This document shows, piece by piece, positions 1 to 11,910 of a DNA stretch of 64,000 nt. Each line of letters starts with the position of its first letter. Within the stretch, counting starts at the first letter, position 1. The DNA lies in contig OX597836.1 in NCBI GenBank assembly GCA_951406725.2, forward strand, positions 38,688,001-38,752,000, written 5' to 3'. The translations under genes were made by a program, and so were the position numbers. The stretch is from Octopus vulgaris (lineage: Eukaryota). The notes beneath the pieces are model-generated. The model saw only the letters and a list, made by a program, of their open reading frames with translations. It was not told the origin of the DNA and did no database searches.

Positions 1-357
1 ACAATAGATGAGGATGAAGAAGATGAGAATGATGATGAAGATGGAGATGAGGATTATGAAAATGAAGATGAGGATTATGAAGATGATGATGAAGATGAGG
101 ATGATGAAGATGACGAAAATGATGATGAAGAAGATGAAGATGATGAAGATGATGATGAAGATTATGAAAATGAGGATGATGAAGATGAGGATGAAGATGA
201 GGATGATAAAGATTATGAAAATGAGGATGATGAAGATGATGAAGATGAAGATGATGAAAATGATGATGAAGAAGATGAAGAGGAGGACGATGATGATAAG
301 GATAATGATGACGATAATGACAATGATGATGATGACATTCCACTCCTAAGGCTATGA
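1..357 (+). repeat. Degenerate (GAT/GAA)n trinucleotide tract; frame +1 is open and reads poly-Asp/Glu with repeated DYENE, ending DDDIPLLRL*
   Basis: No frameshift over ~340 nt; TGA at 355-357; 5' end lies outside the window. Could be a microsatellite or an acidic coding exon. Confidence 0.6.
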
Positions 358-1124
358 CAGAAAACTAGAAGACACTTGCTTCAAAGTGTTGAGCAGTGGA
401 ACTGCCTTTGGAGTCATACATTTGTGAAGCAAACCTTAACTACACAGCTATGTCTGTATCCATGGTTACGTGTTCATTTGTCTTTTGTACTCAGACAAGT
501 GACAAGAGAATTTCTAGGAAGTCAGAAATACAAAATCTCCATTAACATAAAGTAACAATATCGAAACACAACCAAAACATATTTTCTTTTCAGGCGATAC
601 ATCAGGAGATAACGGTTCAAAGTACTAAAATTTATTATCTCAAAACAGCTACTAATTACCAGTTACTTGAACAGTAATATAAATTCTCATTTAATTAATT
701 ATTTGCTATTCATCAGCATCATTAAAATTTTTTATGTTAGTGTAGGTTGGACAGTGCTGCAAATCTCCGTGTAATCCAGTTCTTTGTTTAAGCAGAGTTC
801 TCTTCAAATTGTTCAAACTACAGAACAATTTTCTGAAGCTGAGGTTAAAAATCTATAATCACACCAGAACACATCACATCCAATTTGCAGCAATTATTCT
901 CTGCATAATCACATCAGCTCAGCATTCCTATGTATAAAACAATTCCTACTAACAATTTGTGAGGCCCTCTCAATGACCACTTACAATGACTCTCTCATTC
1001 TACCAGCTAAAAATTAAAAAAACTTATATCCCTCAACGAGGAAGGACTCACTGGATACTGTAGTCCTGTATAGACAATGCCTGAATAAACGACAGGACAG
1101 TTACAGCTGATAATATTAACCAGA

Positions 1125-1560
1125 TGACAGAGTGGTGAGCTGGCAGAATTGTTAAGCATACCAAGCAAAATGCATAATAGTATTTCAACCATTTTTACAT
1201 TCTGAGTTCAAATTGCACCAGGGTCAACTGTGCCTTTCATCCTTTCAGGGTCGATAAAATAAGTGAACACTGGGTTTGATGTCATCGACTAACCCCCTCC
1301 TACAAAACAACTGGCTTATTGAAACCAATATCAATCCGATGGAAGAAGGTGACAAGCTGGCAGAATCACTATCATACTAGAAAAAAGCTTAGCAGCATTT
1401 CTTCCAATTTTAAGTTCCGAGTTCAAATGCCGTGAGGGGTCGACTTTGCCTTTCATCCTTTCAGGGTCAATAAATAAGTATCAGTTGAGCATTGGGGCTG
1501 ATGTAATCAACTTACTCCTTTCCCTGAAATTACTGGCCTTGTACCAAAATTTGAAACCAG
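1125..1560 (+). mobile_element. Two decayed tandem copies of SINE family A (tRNA-like head; GCCTTTCATCCTTTCGGGGTCGATAAA central domain, Nin/Deu-like as I recall)
   Basis: Matches younger copies at 6423, 25085, 37840 and 62750; many CpG>TpG changes. Confidence 0.8.
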
Positions 1561-1604
1561 TATTAATCAGATGATGTGCTCAATACTGTAGAGCAGCAAC
1601 AAGT

Positions 1605-1980
1605 GGAGGCGCAATGTCCCAGTGGTTAGGGCAGTGGACCCGCGGTTGGAGGATCGCGGTTTCAATTCCCAGACCGGGCATTGTGTGTGTGTTTATTGAG
1701 CGAAAACACCTAAAGCTCCATGAGGCTCTGGCAGGAGGTGGTGGTGACCCCTGTTGTACTCTTTCACCCCAACTTTCTCTCACTCTTTCTTCCTGTTTCT
1801 TGTCCCTGACTTCCTACGCAACCACTGATCCTGGATGTGCATTCATCCATCTGTCGATGCTCTCGGTGTCGGGGATTGACCTGCTTTCTCTTCTGCGGGT
1901 CTTACGAATAACAAAGGACCACGTTTCACACTACTCCCACTATGGAACGAAGACCGCTTCGCTCAACAAACAAACAAGCA
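1605..1980 (+). mobile_element. SINE family C, tail type 1
   Basis: Head GGAGGCGCAATG(G/T)CCCAGTGGTTAGG with A/B-box-like motifs; (CAAA)n tail; AGCAGCAACA direct repeat on both sides; second copy at 16035-16404 (-). Confidence 0.85.
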
Positions 1981-2861
1981 GCAACAGGTAAACACGTAAG
2001 TGAAGAGAATCTGTTCCAGCTTCAGTTCTCAGATGATACAAAACCACTTCATTTACAATACTTATGGTCTTTTAGAAAGACAAATGCTGAACATCAACTT
2101 CTCAAAATGCAAGATATATGCACCTTGTCATAAGTGAAACATTTCATTCATTATTCCTTTATTTTAGTTCTTAATTATATATCTCATGATTAACAATAGT
2201 GTCACTGGTTTCATGTCTTCAGTAAACAAATCATTGGTTGATATCATTTCTGACAGCAAGAATGACAAGGGTGTGCCTGTAACTTGGCACAGAGCTAATA
2301 TCGCATAGGACTTACCCTTAAAAAACAAATTTGTTTTGTTGCTCCTCACCAATGTTTACATCCTTCGCTGCTAGACAACAGGAAAAAATGCATGCACACA
2401 CACACACACACAATACATGCTTTCAGAGCTCTTGTCTATTGAATTCCATGCACTAGGTACTGATCAAGCCATGGATGAGGTAGAAGACATTTGCCTAAGG
2501 CACCACATAATAAAATCAAATCCAGAACCAAACTGAAGTTCTTAACCACTTGGCCAGTTTTACATCCTACTATAATCTACTTTAACGATGGTTCTTGATA
2601 AGGATTCATTTGCTTAATTAATTGAATTACCAACTCTAGATTTAATGTGAAAACAGCTGAGCATTCTGCTGAGAAACGCACTTAATGAAATTTGCAGGCA
2701 TAATGAGCATGGTATAATAGATACAAGGTATTTCAGATGCAAAGTATTACAGATATGATCTACCCAATGGGCTTCCATACAGTTTCCATCTACTTAATTG
2801 CACTCACAAAATTGAGTTGACCTGAGGCAATAGAAAATGATGCTTAGCCAAGATGTCACAC

Positions 2862-3285
2862 TATCTACATATCTATCTATCTGCTCAATCGAAGTCAACT
2901 CTCGGTTACTCGATGGATCAGTGTTCTCCAGCCAGTTCTATCCTGGGTCGCTTCTTTCAGATTGGCTATGGCCATTTCCGTGTCACTCTTGATGGTGTCA
3001 AGCCAGCGGGTTCTTGGTCGGCCTCTTCCTCTCTTGCCACTGACCATTCCGAGCATGATCTCCTTCTCCAGTGATTTTCTCATCATAATATGACCAAACT
3101 ATGCCAATCTATGCTTGGTGATCCTAGCTTCTAGCGACAGTTTCGGCTCAATCTGGTTAAGAACTTCTCCCTTGGTGAGCCTCGCTGTCCATGGAATCCG
3201 TAAAAGTCTTCTCGAACACCAAAGCTCGAATGCATTAATTCTCTTCTGGTCAGCTTTCTTTAATGTCCAGGTCTCGCATCCATAT
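2862..3285 (-). pseudogene. 5'-truncated RTE-clade (BovB-like) LINE: C-terminal ORF remnant with (GATA)n tail
   Basis: Minus-strand translation YGCETWTLKKADQKRINAFELWCSRRLLRIPWTAR...FGHIMMRKSLEKEIMLGMVSGKRGRGRPRTRWLD, typical of the RTE C-terminus; TGTCACAC duplication; inserted into a SINE. Confidence 0.9.
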
Positions 3286-3429
3286 GTTGAATGTGGAAGT
3301 ATGGGTTGATGGTTAGGGTGTCACACAGTGGGATCAAAACCAAAGACCTTGAGGTTGCTAAGTGAACTTCTTAAATTTTTGGTCATGCAGCACCTGCATA
3401 TTCTATCTTCTTGGGAGTCTCTTGAATCT

Positions 3430-3710
3430 CAGGGAGCCAGTTTTGTATTCACTTACTGAACAACCTACACAAATGATTTGCTTATAGCGATCAAATGTTT
3501 GTGGCAGACATGAGCTCCCTCTATGCACCAAATCAACATTGCCCATTACAGGTACATGGTATTTCACATGTCAAATGTTGAAGTGATTGCAGAGCAATGT
3601 GAAAATGAAGTATTTTGCTCAAGAACACAACAAACTGCCTGGTCTGGGAATCAAAGCTAGGATCTCATGGTTGTGAGTACAACACCCTAACCATCAACCC
3701 ATACTTCCAC
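3430..3710 (-). mobile_element. SINE family F (tRNA-like head followed by GTGTTCTTGAGCAAGACACTT domain)
   Basis: Related copies at 4730-5077, 12860-13149 and 25330-25628, all minus strand. Confidence 0.7.
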
Positions 3711-3719
3711 ATTCAACCA

Positions 3720-3935
3720 ATCATCATCATCATCACCGTTTAACGGCCACTTAAGACGTTGGACGGTTTGACTGGAGACTGGTGAGCCAGATGGATGCAC
3801 CAGACTCCAATCTGATCTAGCAGAGTTTCTACAGCTGGATGCCCTTCCTAACGGCAAACACTCCAAGAGCATAGTGGGTGCTTTTATGAGCCAGCCACCG
3901 GCACGAGGGCCAAGTCAGGTGGTACAGGCAACAGC
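3720..3935 (-). mobile_element. Family D: RTE-LINE 3' UTR fragment ending in (GAT)n
   Basis: GTTGGCGTTAGGAAGGGCATCCAGCTGTAGAAAC...CGTTAAACGATGATG consensus; further copies at 5913-6100, 14810-15058, 20900-21085, 25895-26048, 53185-53645 and 60868-61113. Confidence 0.75.
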
Positions 3936-5377
3936 CAAACAAACAATTTTTTTTAACAGCTGAAATAGATCTTTTCACATTCGTATTTTAAAACCTTCTT
4001 TCCTTGCTCTTACTATTTCTACCATCAACAGTGGTGTAAATCACAATAAAATAATGTGTTATTAAATTATGCAAGAAGCTTTTTGTTGAGCCGGAGGACT
4101 GTGGAATCAATGCCTACATCAGACTATTGTAGTATCACATCTACTCGATCCAGCGGCCATTTTGTCTCTGGTCTAAACTACAAACTTCACCATCACCTAT
4201 ATTGATTTAGCTGAGTTAATGAGGACTTGGTCACTTATTAGAATTAGATTAATATCAAGCATTGATGCAACATTTTGTTCTCTTCATAATGAATTATTAA
4301 ATATCTACAGAACGATACACCTCAGAAATAATTAAATTTTAAAGGGTAATCTTTATTTTCTCATTAGCTGTTAATAAGAGAAAGTTATATGACTAATCAA
4401 GTGTCACAAATTCACAATATGTAGGAGTAAAACTTTTATTTATTTATTTATCAGATATTCTGATGTTCAAACAGCATTAAAAAGAAAAGTAATACGTATG
4501 TACAAAAATAATAAAAAAAGGTAGTTGATCAGCCCCGGATCAACACAGATTAACCATTCCTATGAGTGAAGTATTATAGCCAAAGTATTTGTTCATTTTT
4601 ACATTTATTTTTCTATGTAAGCATGAGTTAGATGAATACATTGCTGAGGTATTATATTTACAAATCAATGTCCTTTTTGTAACTGTTTTACAAGGAAGAG
4701 ATGTCACACACAGTGTAAAAGGTAACGACTTCCTGAGTGAGTTCAATTCCTGGACTGGGCTGTATGACCATGGGACTGCACCTGGAAAGTTCCCCACTGA
4801 GGCACAAGTCCGGGCAAAATTGCCAATGGAAGACCAGCAGTTGCCCATGCACACCAGCCTAACCTCTCCATGCCACTGAAGTTATCCAAGGGAAAGGCAA
4901 AAGATGATACAGATTGGCACCAGAGACATTGCAACTCATTTCTACAGCTGAGTGACCTGGAGCAACGTTAAATAAAGTGTCTTGCACAAGAACACAACAT
5001 ACAGCCCAGTCCAGGAATTGAACTCACTGCCTTATGATTGTGAGTTCGACACCCTAACCACTAAGCCATATGCCTTCGTGTCTCATATCACTCATCTTCA
5101 AAAGGTTCAAAGTCAGCAGATGGTTTGTTGACTGGAGAAATTACATATTTGATTGATTTTCATGGAAGCCCAAATGTATAGAAATGCACACACACACACA
5201 CATCTGATGGGCTTCTTGCAGTTTCCACATACTAGATTCACTCACAAGACTTTTAATCAACCTGTACTTTAGTAGAAGACACTTACCCAAGGTATACAAG
5301 GTAGAGCATTGTGGGACTGAACCTGAAACCATGTGGCAGAAAACCAAACTTCTTAAACCACGCAGCTATGCTAACAC

Positions 5378-5682
5378 TGTTTGTTTGTTCCTTCTCGAAC
5401 CATGCCTGGCTCATAAGGGCCAGTTTCCCGGTTTCTTGGCGTATAGGTTCCCCACCTGGATGGGACGCCGATCCATCACAGGTGAGCTGCAAGATGCAGG
5501 AGGAAAGAGTGAGAGAAAGTTGTGGCGAAAGAGTCAGCAGAAGTTTCGCCATTACCTTCTGCCGGAGCCGCGTGGAGCTTAGGTGTTTCGCTCATAAACA
5601 CACACATCGTCCGGTCTGAGATTCAAACCCGCGATCCCTCGACCGCAAGTCCGCTGCTCTAACCACTAGGCCATGTGCCTCC
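5378..5682 (-). mobile_element. SINE family C, tail type 2
   Basis: Same head as the 1605 copy but a different 3' half; TATGCT(A/T)ACACT target duplication; sits just past the 5' end of a family B copy. Confidence 0.8.
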
Positions 5683-6422
5683 ACTTATGCTTACACTCAT
5701 CCACATAGACATGCTTCCCAGAGAAATTTAGCAAGGTGGAACAAAACTACTTTTGGGTGGAATGAAGAAGCTCCATCGAAATTCAAAAGTGCTAAGCTTT
5801 TTTAAGGAGAGGTCAAGTATATAGCCATGGACAACCTCCTACATACCCCATATCCTGAACTGACATACCAAGTGAACCCTCAATCGCATAAGCCATGATT
5901 TCAGCCATGACTCATCATCATCATCATCGTTTAACGTCCGCTTTCCATGCTAGCATGGATTGGACAGTTCGACCGGGGTCTGGGAAGTCAGATGGCTGCA
6001 CCAGGCTCCAATCTTGATCTGGCAGAGTTTCTACAGCTGGATGCCCTTCCTAATGCCAACCACTCCGAGAGTGTAGTGGGTGCTTTTTACGTGCCACTGG
6101 CATTGGAACAATGAAAGGGCACGTCCAGGATCATTGTTCCTGTGCCGGTGGCACGTAAAAAGCACCCACTACTATCTCATCTTTTTTATGTAATATCAGG
6201 GATCACATTGTCCAGTATCCCCTTTTCCATTTTGAAGACAGTCATGTCAATTTAGGTCAGTTTGATTGTTCTAAGTCTTGCACTGACGAGGTGTAAATAC
6301 TAACATTATGCAGTACACCATTCGTCCTTTGCACACACCCGAAGGGTTAAGACATATTAATGTAAAGTCTGAGTATGAAGCATTAATGTGCTTATGTCAT
6401 GAAGTATATTTTCTCCAGTAAT

Positions 6423-6650
6423 AAGGCGGCGAGCTGGCAGAAACGTTAGCGTGCCAGGCGAAATACTTAGCAGTATTTCGTTTGTCGTTACATTCTGAGT
6501 TCAAATTCTGCCGAGGTCGATTTTGCCTTTCATCCTCTCAGGGTTGATAAATAAAGTACCAGTTTCGCACTGGGTCGATGTAATTGACTTAATCCCTTTG
6601 TCTGTTCTTGTTTGTCTTCTCTATGTTTAGCCCCTTGTGGGTGGTAAAGT
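6423..6650 (+). mobile_element. SINE family A
   Basis: Full head AAGGCGGCGAGCTGGCAGAAACGTTAGC; ~16-bp duplication ATATTTTCTCCAGTA. Other copies: 8706-8937(-), 9705-10070(+), 12441-12846(-), 22407-22870(-), 25085-25310(+), 37840-38180(+), 41769-41997(-), 43966-44400(-), 50422-50635(-), 61920-62142(-), 62750-63170(+). Confidence 0.9.
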
Positions 6651-7115
6651 AATATATATTTTCTCCAGTATATTCCAATAAGATGTAAGGCCAACAGAGG
6701 TGAGAGAAACAATTCTTACTTCTACTAAAGCCTTTCCTCAATCTGACATTTAAAAACAACACATAGTAGCACTTTTATTTCAAAGTTCAAGTTGAAGCCA
6801 ACATTTTAGATCATTTTACATCTGCTTTCTACTCTATCTAGTATTATACTGTAATAAATTAAATGTTACAATACATTAAAACTTAGAGTACTGCTTCTAA
6901 TAGAAAAGACTTGCATTGTCGATCACACAACCATACACAGCTTGATAAGGTTAGTTTTAGATAAAACCTAATTTTTCTAGTTTTCTGAGTACCTGAGCCA
7001 GTAATTTCTTACTTGGATAACTCTATAACTAGATTTACCTCGTCTTCACAATAACAGAATATTCACGTTTATAGGGCAATGAAAAAGAACATATTAGATA
7101 ATGTAATCCTACAAT

Positions 7116-7512
7116 AGGTGTAGGAGCGGCTGTGTGGTAAGTAGCTTGCTTACGAACCACATAGTTCCGGGTTCAGTCCCACTGCATGGCACCTTGGGCA
7201 AGTGTCTTCTACTATAGCCTCGGGCCGACCAAAAGCCTTGTGAGTGGATTTGGTAGACGGAAACTGAAAAGAAGCCCGTCGTATATATATGTGTGTGTGT
7301 GTGCGTGCGTATGTGTTTGTGCCCCAACATCGCTTGACAACCGATGCTGGTGTGTTTATGTTCCCGTAACTTAGCGGTTCGGCAAAAGAGACCGATAGAA
7401 TAAGTACTAGGCTTCCAAAGAATAAGTCCTGGGGTCGATTTGCTCAACTAAAGGCGGTGCTCCAGCATGGCCACAGTCACATGACTGAAACAAGTAAAAC
7501 AGTAAAAGAGTA
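7116..7512 (+). mobile_element. SINE family B (tRNA head, CORE-like ACCTTGGGCAAGTGTCTT, internal TA/TG microsatellite, (GTAAAAGA)n tail)
   Basis: Near-identical copies at 18090-18490(-), 23430-23838(+), 32053-32408(-), 39694-40071(-) and 52220-52624(-); older ones at 10342, 17395, 19198, 20735, 25672 and 41600. Confidence 0.9.
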
Positions 7513-7514
7513 AT

Positions 7515-8140
7515 ATACCATGTCTGAATAAAAGATAGGACGGTCACAGAGGTAAAATCTTTGATCACAGGTTAGCCAGATCAAGGTTGACCTAGAACAA
7601 ATAATAACAACACAGGAGAATGCATTACATTTATGTAATGTATTCCTAAGTATAATGTCTGATTAAATGTAATCCTCAGTATACTGTCTGATTAAAGTAT
7701 ATATAAGTTTATATATACTTTAAAGTATATATAAGTTAAGCTATATCAGGGCTGACCTGAGTAAAACAACAGCATAGAAGAACACATCATTTAGTCCTAA
7801 ATACACCAACTGAATAAAAGATAGGCTGGTTACAGCTGGAGCACACTTCATACTTTCATAATATATCAACTGGATCTAGAACTAACTGGGGACTAATAAT
7901 AACCAGGGAGGATACATTAGATAACATAGTCCTAAATACACCCAAATAAAAGAAAGGTTTGTTACAGTTGCAACATGTATCATACATGTATCATAAGACA
8001 TCAGCTGGATCTGGAACTGAAGAGGGAGAAAGTATAATGACAGATACATTAAATGATGTAATAACTATACACACTACATCTGACCAAAAAGCAGGATAGT
8101 CATGGCAAGAACACTTGATCATTGCCAGTTGGATGAGGAT
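7515..8140 (+). repeat. Decayed tandem copies of dispersed repeat family E (...GGATGGTCATGGCTGGAATG...GACCTGGGGCTAAACAACAAC)
   Basis: Recurring ~125-bp units; relatives at 11910-12045, 21925-22100, 36610-37005 and 51290-51460. Confidence 0.6.
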
Positions 8141-9238
8141 TCACTATTCTGTTTTTATGACTAGCAGACCTGTGAATCCAATTTAACAAAATCATTCCTC
8201 CAGACCCGTGGTTTTCAGTGTTCATATAGCCCTTGGCAGGGTCCATATAAGGTTTTGTTGCTAAAATTTAAGTGCAGCAAATTAGTTATACTTCTACAAT
8301 ATACAAAATATTTTAATGATTATTTTTATGCATTTCCTTACAATATTTAATTATAATACTAGAATTTTTTTTTAACATTGAATGGCTAGGAGGGGCCACC
8401 CAAGTAAAATATGAATTGACGGCGTCCACAATTATAAAATAATTGAAAAACACTGCTCTTAAATAAAATCTTCCATATTATCACACTTTTAAAATGTGTA
8501 TTTTCACTTAAAATTTTGAATAACTAAATGTTTTAACATATCTTTTATCTTTTATCTTGTTTCACTCATTAGACTGCGGCCATGCTGGGGCACTGCCTTG
8601 AATTTTTAGTCGACTGAAATGACTCCAATACTTTCAAGAAGTGGTACTTATTCTATTGATTTCAATATATATGTATGAATACACACACATATACGCATGA
8701 TATATATTTCTTTATTGGCCACAAGGGGCTAAACGTAGAAGGGACAAACAAGGACAGCCAAAGGGATTAAGTCGGTTACATCAACCCCAGTGCGAAACTG
8801 GTACTTAATTTATCGACTCCAAAAGGATGAAAGGCAAAGTCGACCTCGGCGGAATTTGAACTCAGAACGTAACGACAGATGAAATACCGCTAAGCATTTT
8901 GCTTGGTGTGTTAACGATTCTGCCAGCTCCCCGCCTTATATACATATGATATATGTGTATGCATATAAACACATATGTATGCATACACACAATATATATG
9001 TACGCATACACAGACACACTATATATATATGTACATATACACACACATATATATATATACACATGTACACACATTCATACACCCGTGCGTGTATGTATGT
9101 ATGTGTATATATACATGTGTAAATAAATAATTTCTAATAAAAACAACCATTACTTGAACGGAGGGTTCAGAACATATATAGAGCTAAATGTAAAAATGTC
9201 GACACTTTGAATTTTCATCACTGGTGGCTTATTCATAC

Positions 9239-9279
<41 letters not shown>

Positions 9280-11237
9280 TCCAAACATCTATAAACAACT
9301 CTATATATGGAAATAAAATAAAAAATTAAAAAAAAGATAGTTATGGTCAAAAATGGAGTTGCAGATTATAGAAAATAGCTGTCAGCACATAAGATCATTA
9401 AAAATATATTAGGTTTATAATCAGTTGCCATTTCTGTAATAAATAAAAATTTACTGAAAGTATAGAAAAGATGTAGATACAACTTATCTTTTAGCATTGT
9501 TACAGATACATTGAAAAAAATATCATTATAGTATCAGGTATTACCGTAGTTGAGTAGCCTCTGTTATTACCTGGTTCTTTTCTAACTATATATCTTAGTA
9601 AAATACACAGCTGATGTGTCGTAATTAGATTTTGAAAAATAATCAAATATTTTAGTAATTTAATAAAAAAGCTAATTTTAAATTTATTAACCCTTTTGAT
9701 ACACTAGGCGAAATGCTTAGTAGTATTTTGTCTGTCTTTACGTTCTGAGTTCAAATTCCGCCGAGGTCGACTTTGCCGTTCATACTTTCGGGGTCGATAA
9801 ATTAAGTACCAGTTAGGCACTGGGGGTCGATGTAATTGACTTAATACCTATGTCTGTCCTTGTTTGTCCCCTCTGTGTTTAGCCCCTTGTGGGTAGTAAA
9901 GAAATAGGTATTTCGTCTGTCTTTACGTTCTGAGTTCAAATTCCGCCGAGGCCGACTTTGCCTTTCATCCTTTCAGAGTCAATAAATTAAGTACTAGTGG
10001 CGTACTGGGGTCGATCTTATCTACTGGCTCCCTCCCCCAAAAATTTTGAGCCTTGTGCCTAGAGTAGAAACAGGTCCTATGATAGAAAATTTTTTTGAAA
10101 ATGATCTAAATTAAAGCCTTTCATAAAAATTCCATATCAATACATTTTCTATGTACCAACTTAATACTGACAAAGTTATTTTACTAAATTCTTTGTTATT
10201 TTCGAAATTAATTAAAACAGAGGCAATGAATTTCAACAAAAATATGGTAAAGAAAGAGTTAAACTATGTTTGGAATATAAAACACTCTAATCTAAAATAA
10301 TTATTGAAGGTTTTAAAATAAATATATATACTATATACTTTAGGTGCAAGCGTGGCTGTGTGGTAAGAAACTTGCTTCCCAACTACATGGTTCCAGGTTC
10401 AGCCTCACTATGCAGCACCTTGGGCAAGTGTCTTGTACTTCAGCTTCGGGCTGAACAAAGCTTTCTGAGTGGATTTGGTAGATGGAAACTGAAAGAAGCC
10501 CACTCTGTGTGTGTGTGTGTATCTGTCCCCCATTTCTCTTTGACAACCAGTGTTGGTGCGTTTTTACCCTCATAACTTAGCAATTCAGCAAAAGAGACCA
10601 ATATAATAAAAACCAGGCTTAAAATAAATAATTACTGGGATCAATTTATTCAACTAATATTTCGTCTAGGTGGTGCCCCAGCATGGCCAAAATCTAATGA
10701 CTGAAACAAGTACAAAAACAAAAAGCTTTAAATACAGCAAGTATTTTTTTTGTTTTTTTTTTTATAGAAACAATCAATCGAAGGAAACCTGAAACCCTTA
10801 AAGCAAGTCACTGCTCCAGTATGAGCAAAACAAGAAGCAAATATCAAACAAGAGGGATGGTGTATATATATATTACATCATACTGCATTTAGTTGTGGTA
10901 AATGATGCATGACGGCTAGGGAGGCGGAGGAGGAGTTATACGTCCAATCAAATGTGTTTTTCCGGCACTAAAGAGATTGGTAGACAATGCAGCGGAGGAT
11001 GTGAAAAGTAATGGGTACGCACCAACAACAAGAACAACAACCATTAGGGGTGTAGTGAAAGGGATTTGCCAACCGACTCAAGAGATGCAAGGATAACAGG
11101 ACATAGGAATTATCTAATATAGGAACATGATGAGATGATAGAGTTTTATTACTGCTGTTGCTATGCGATATAATAGATGTAACAAAGATAGAGCAAAATA
11201 TACAGTTCAGCACCATTGCTGTTCAACAGTAATACTA

Positions 11238-11910
11238 TATTAACAAACAAGCCTGGTAGAGCCTTGGTACAGTCACTGAGCTGGCTAGAAACAGCAGTCG
11301 ATACCTATCGAATCACACTGTATGAGTTATAAAATGAGAAGTACACACATATTAACAAGCAAGCTTGGTAGAGCCTTAGTACAGTCCCTTAGCTGGTTAG
11401 AAACAGCAGTCGATACCTATCGAATCACACTGTATGAGTTATAAAATGAGAAGTACACACATATTAACGAGCAAGCCTGATAGGGCCTTAGTACAGTCAC
11501 TTAGCTGGCTAGAAACAGCAGTCGATACCTATCGAATCACACTGTATAAATCATAAAATGAGAAGTACACACATATTAACAAACAAGCCTGATAGAGCCT
11601 TAGTACAGTCCCTTAGCTGGCTAGAAACAGCAGTCGATACCTATCGAATCACACTGTATGAGTTATAAAATGAGAAGTACACACATATTAAAAAGCAAGC
11701 CTGATAGAGCCTTAGTACAGTCCCTTAGCTGGCTAGAAACAGCAGTCAATACCTATTGAATCACACTGTATGAGTTATAAAATGAGAAGTGCACACATAT
11801 TAACAAGCAAGCCTGATAGAGCCTTAGTAAAGTCCCTTAGCTGGCTAGAAATAGCAGTCGATACCTATCGAATCACACTGTATGAGTCATAAAATGGAAG
11901 TACACACATA
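11238..11910 (+). repeat. Tandem array, 6 x 112 bp
   Basis: TATTAA starts at 11238, 11350, 11462, 11574, 11686 and 11798; units highly similar; internal palindrome TCGATA-CC-TATCGA. Confidence 0.95.

Noticed and set aside
8-349. M/K-rich 113-aa ORF
   Set aside because: Off-frame reading of the (GAT/GAA)n tract
1605-1680. tRNA genes at SINE heads (also 7116, 38885, 40967)
   Set aside because: A/B boxes are present, but each continues into a SINE body and tail; I could not establish an intact cloverleaf
6283-6350. CTGACGAG hairpin as a hammerhead
   Set aside because: No GAAA after the stem; it ends in AGGGTTAA and looks like a piggyBac-type MITE end
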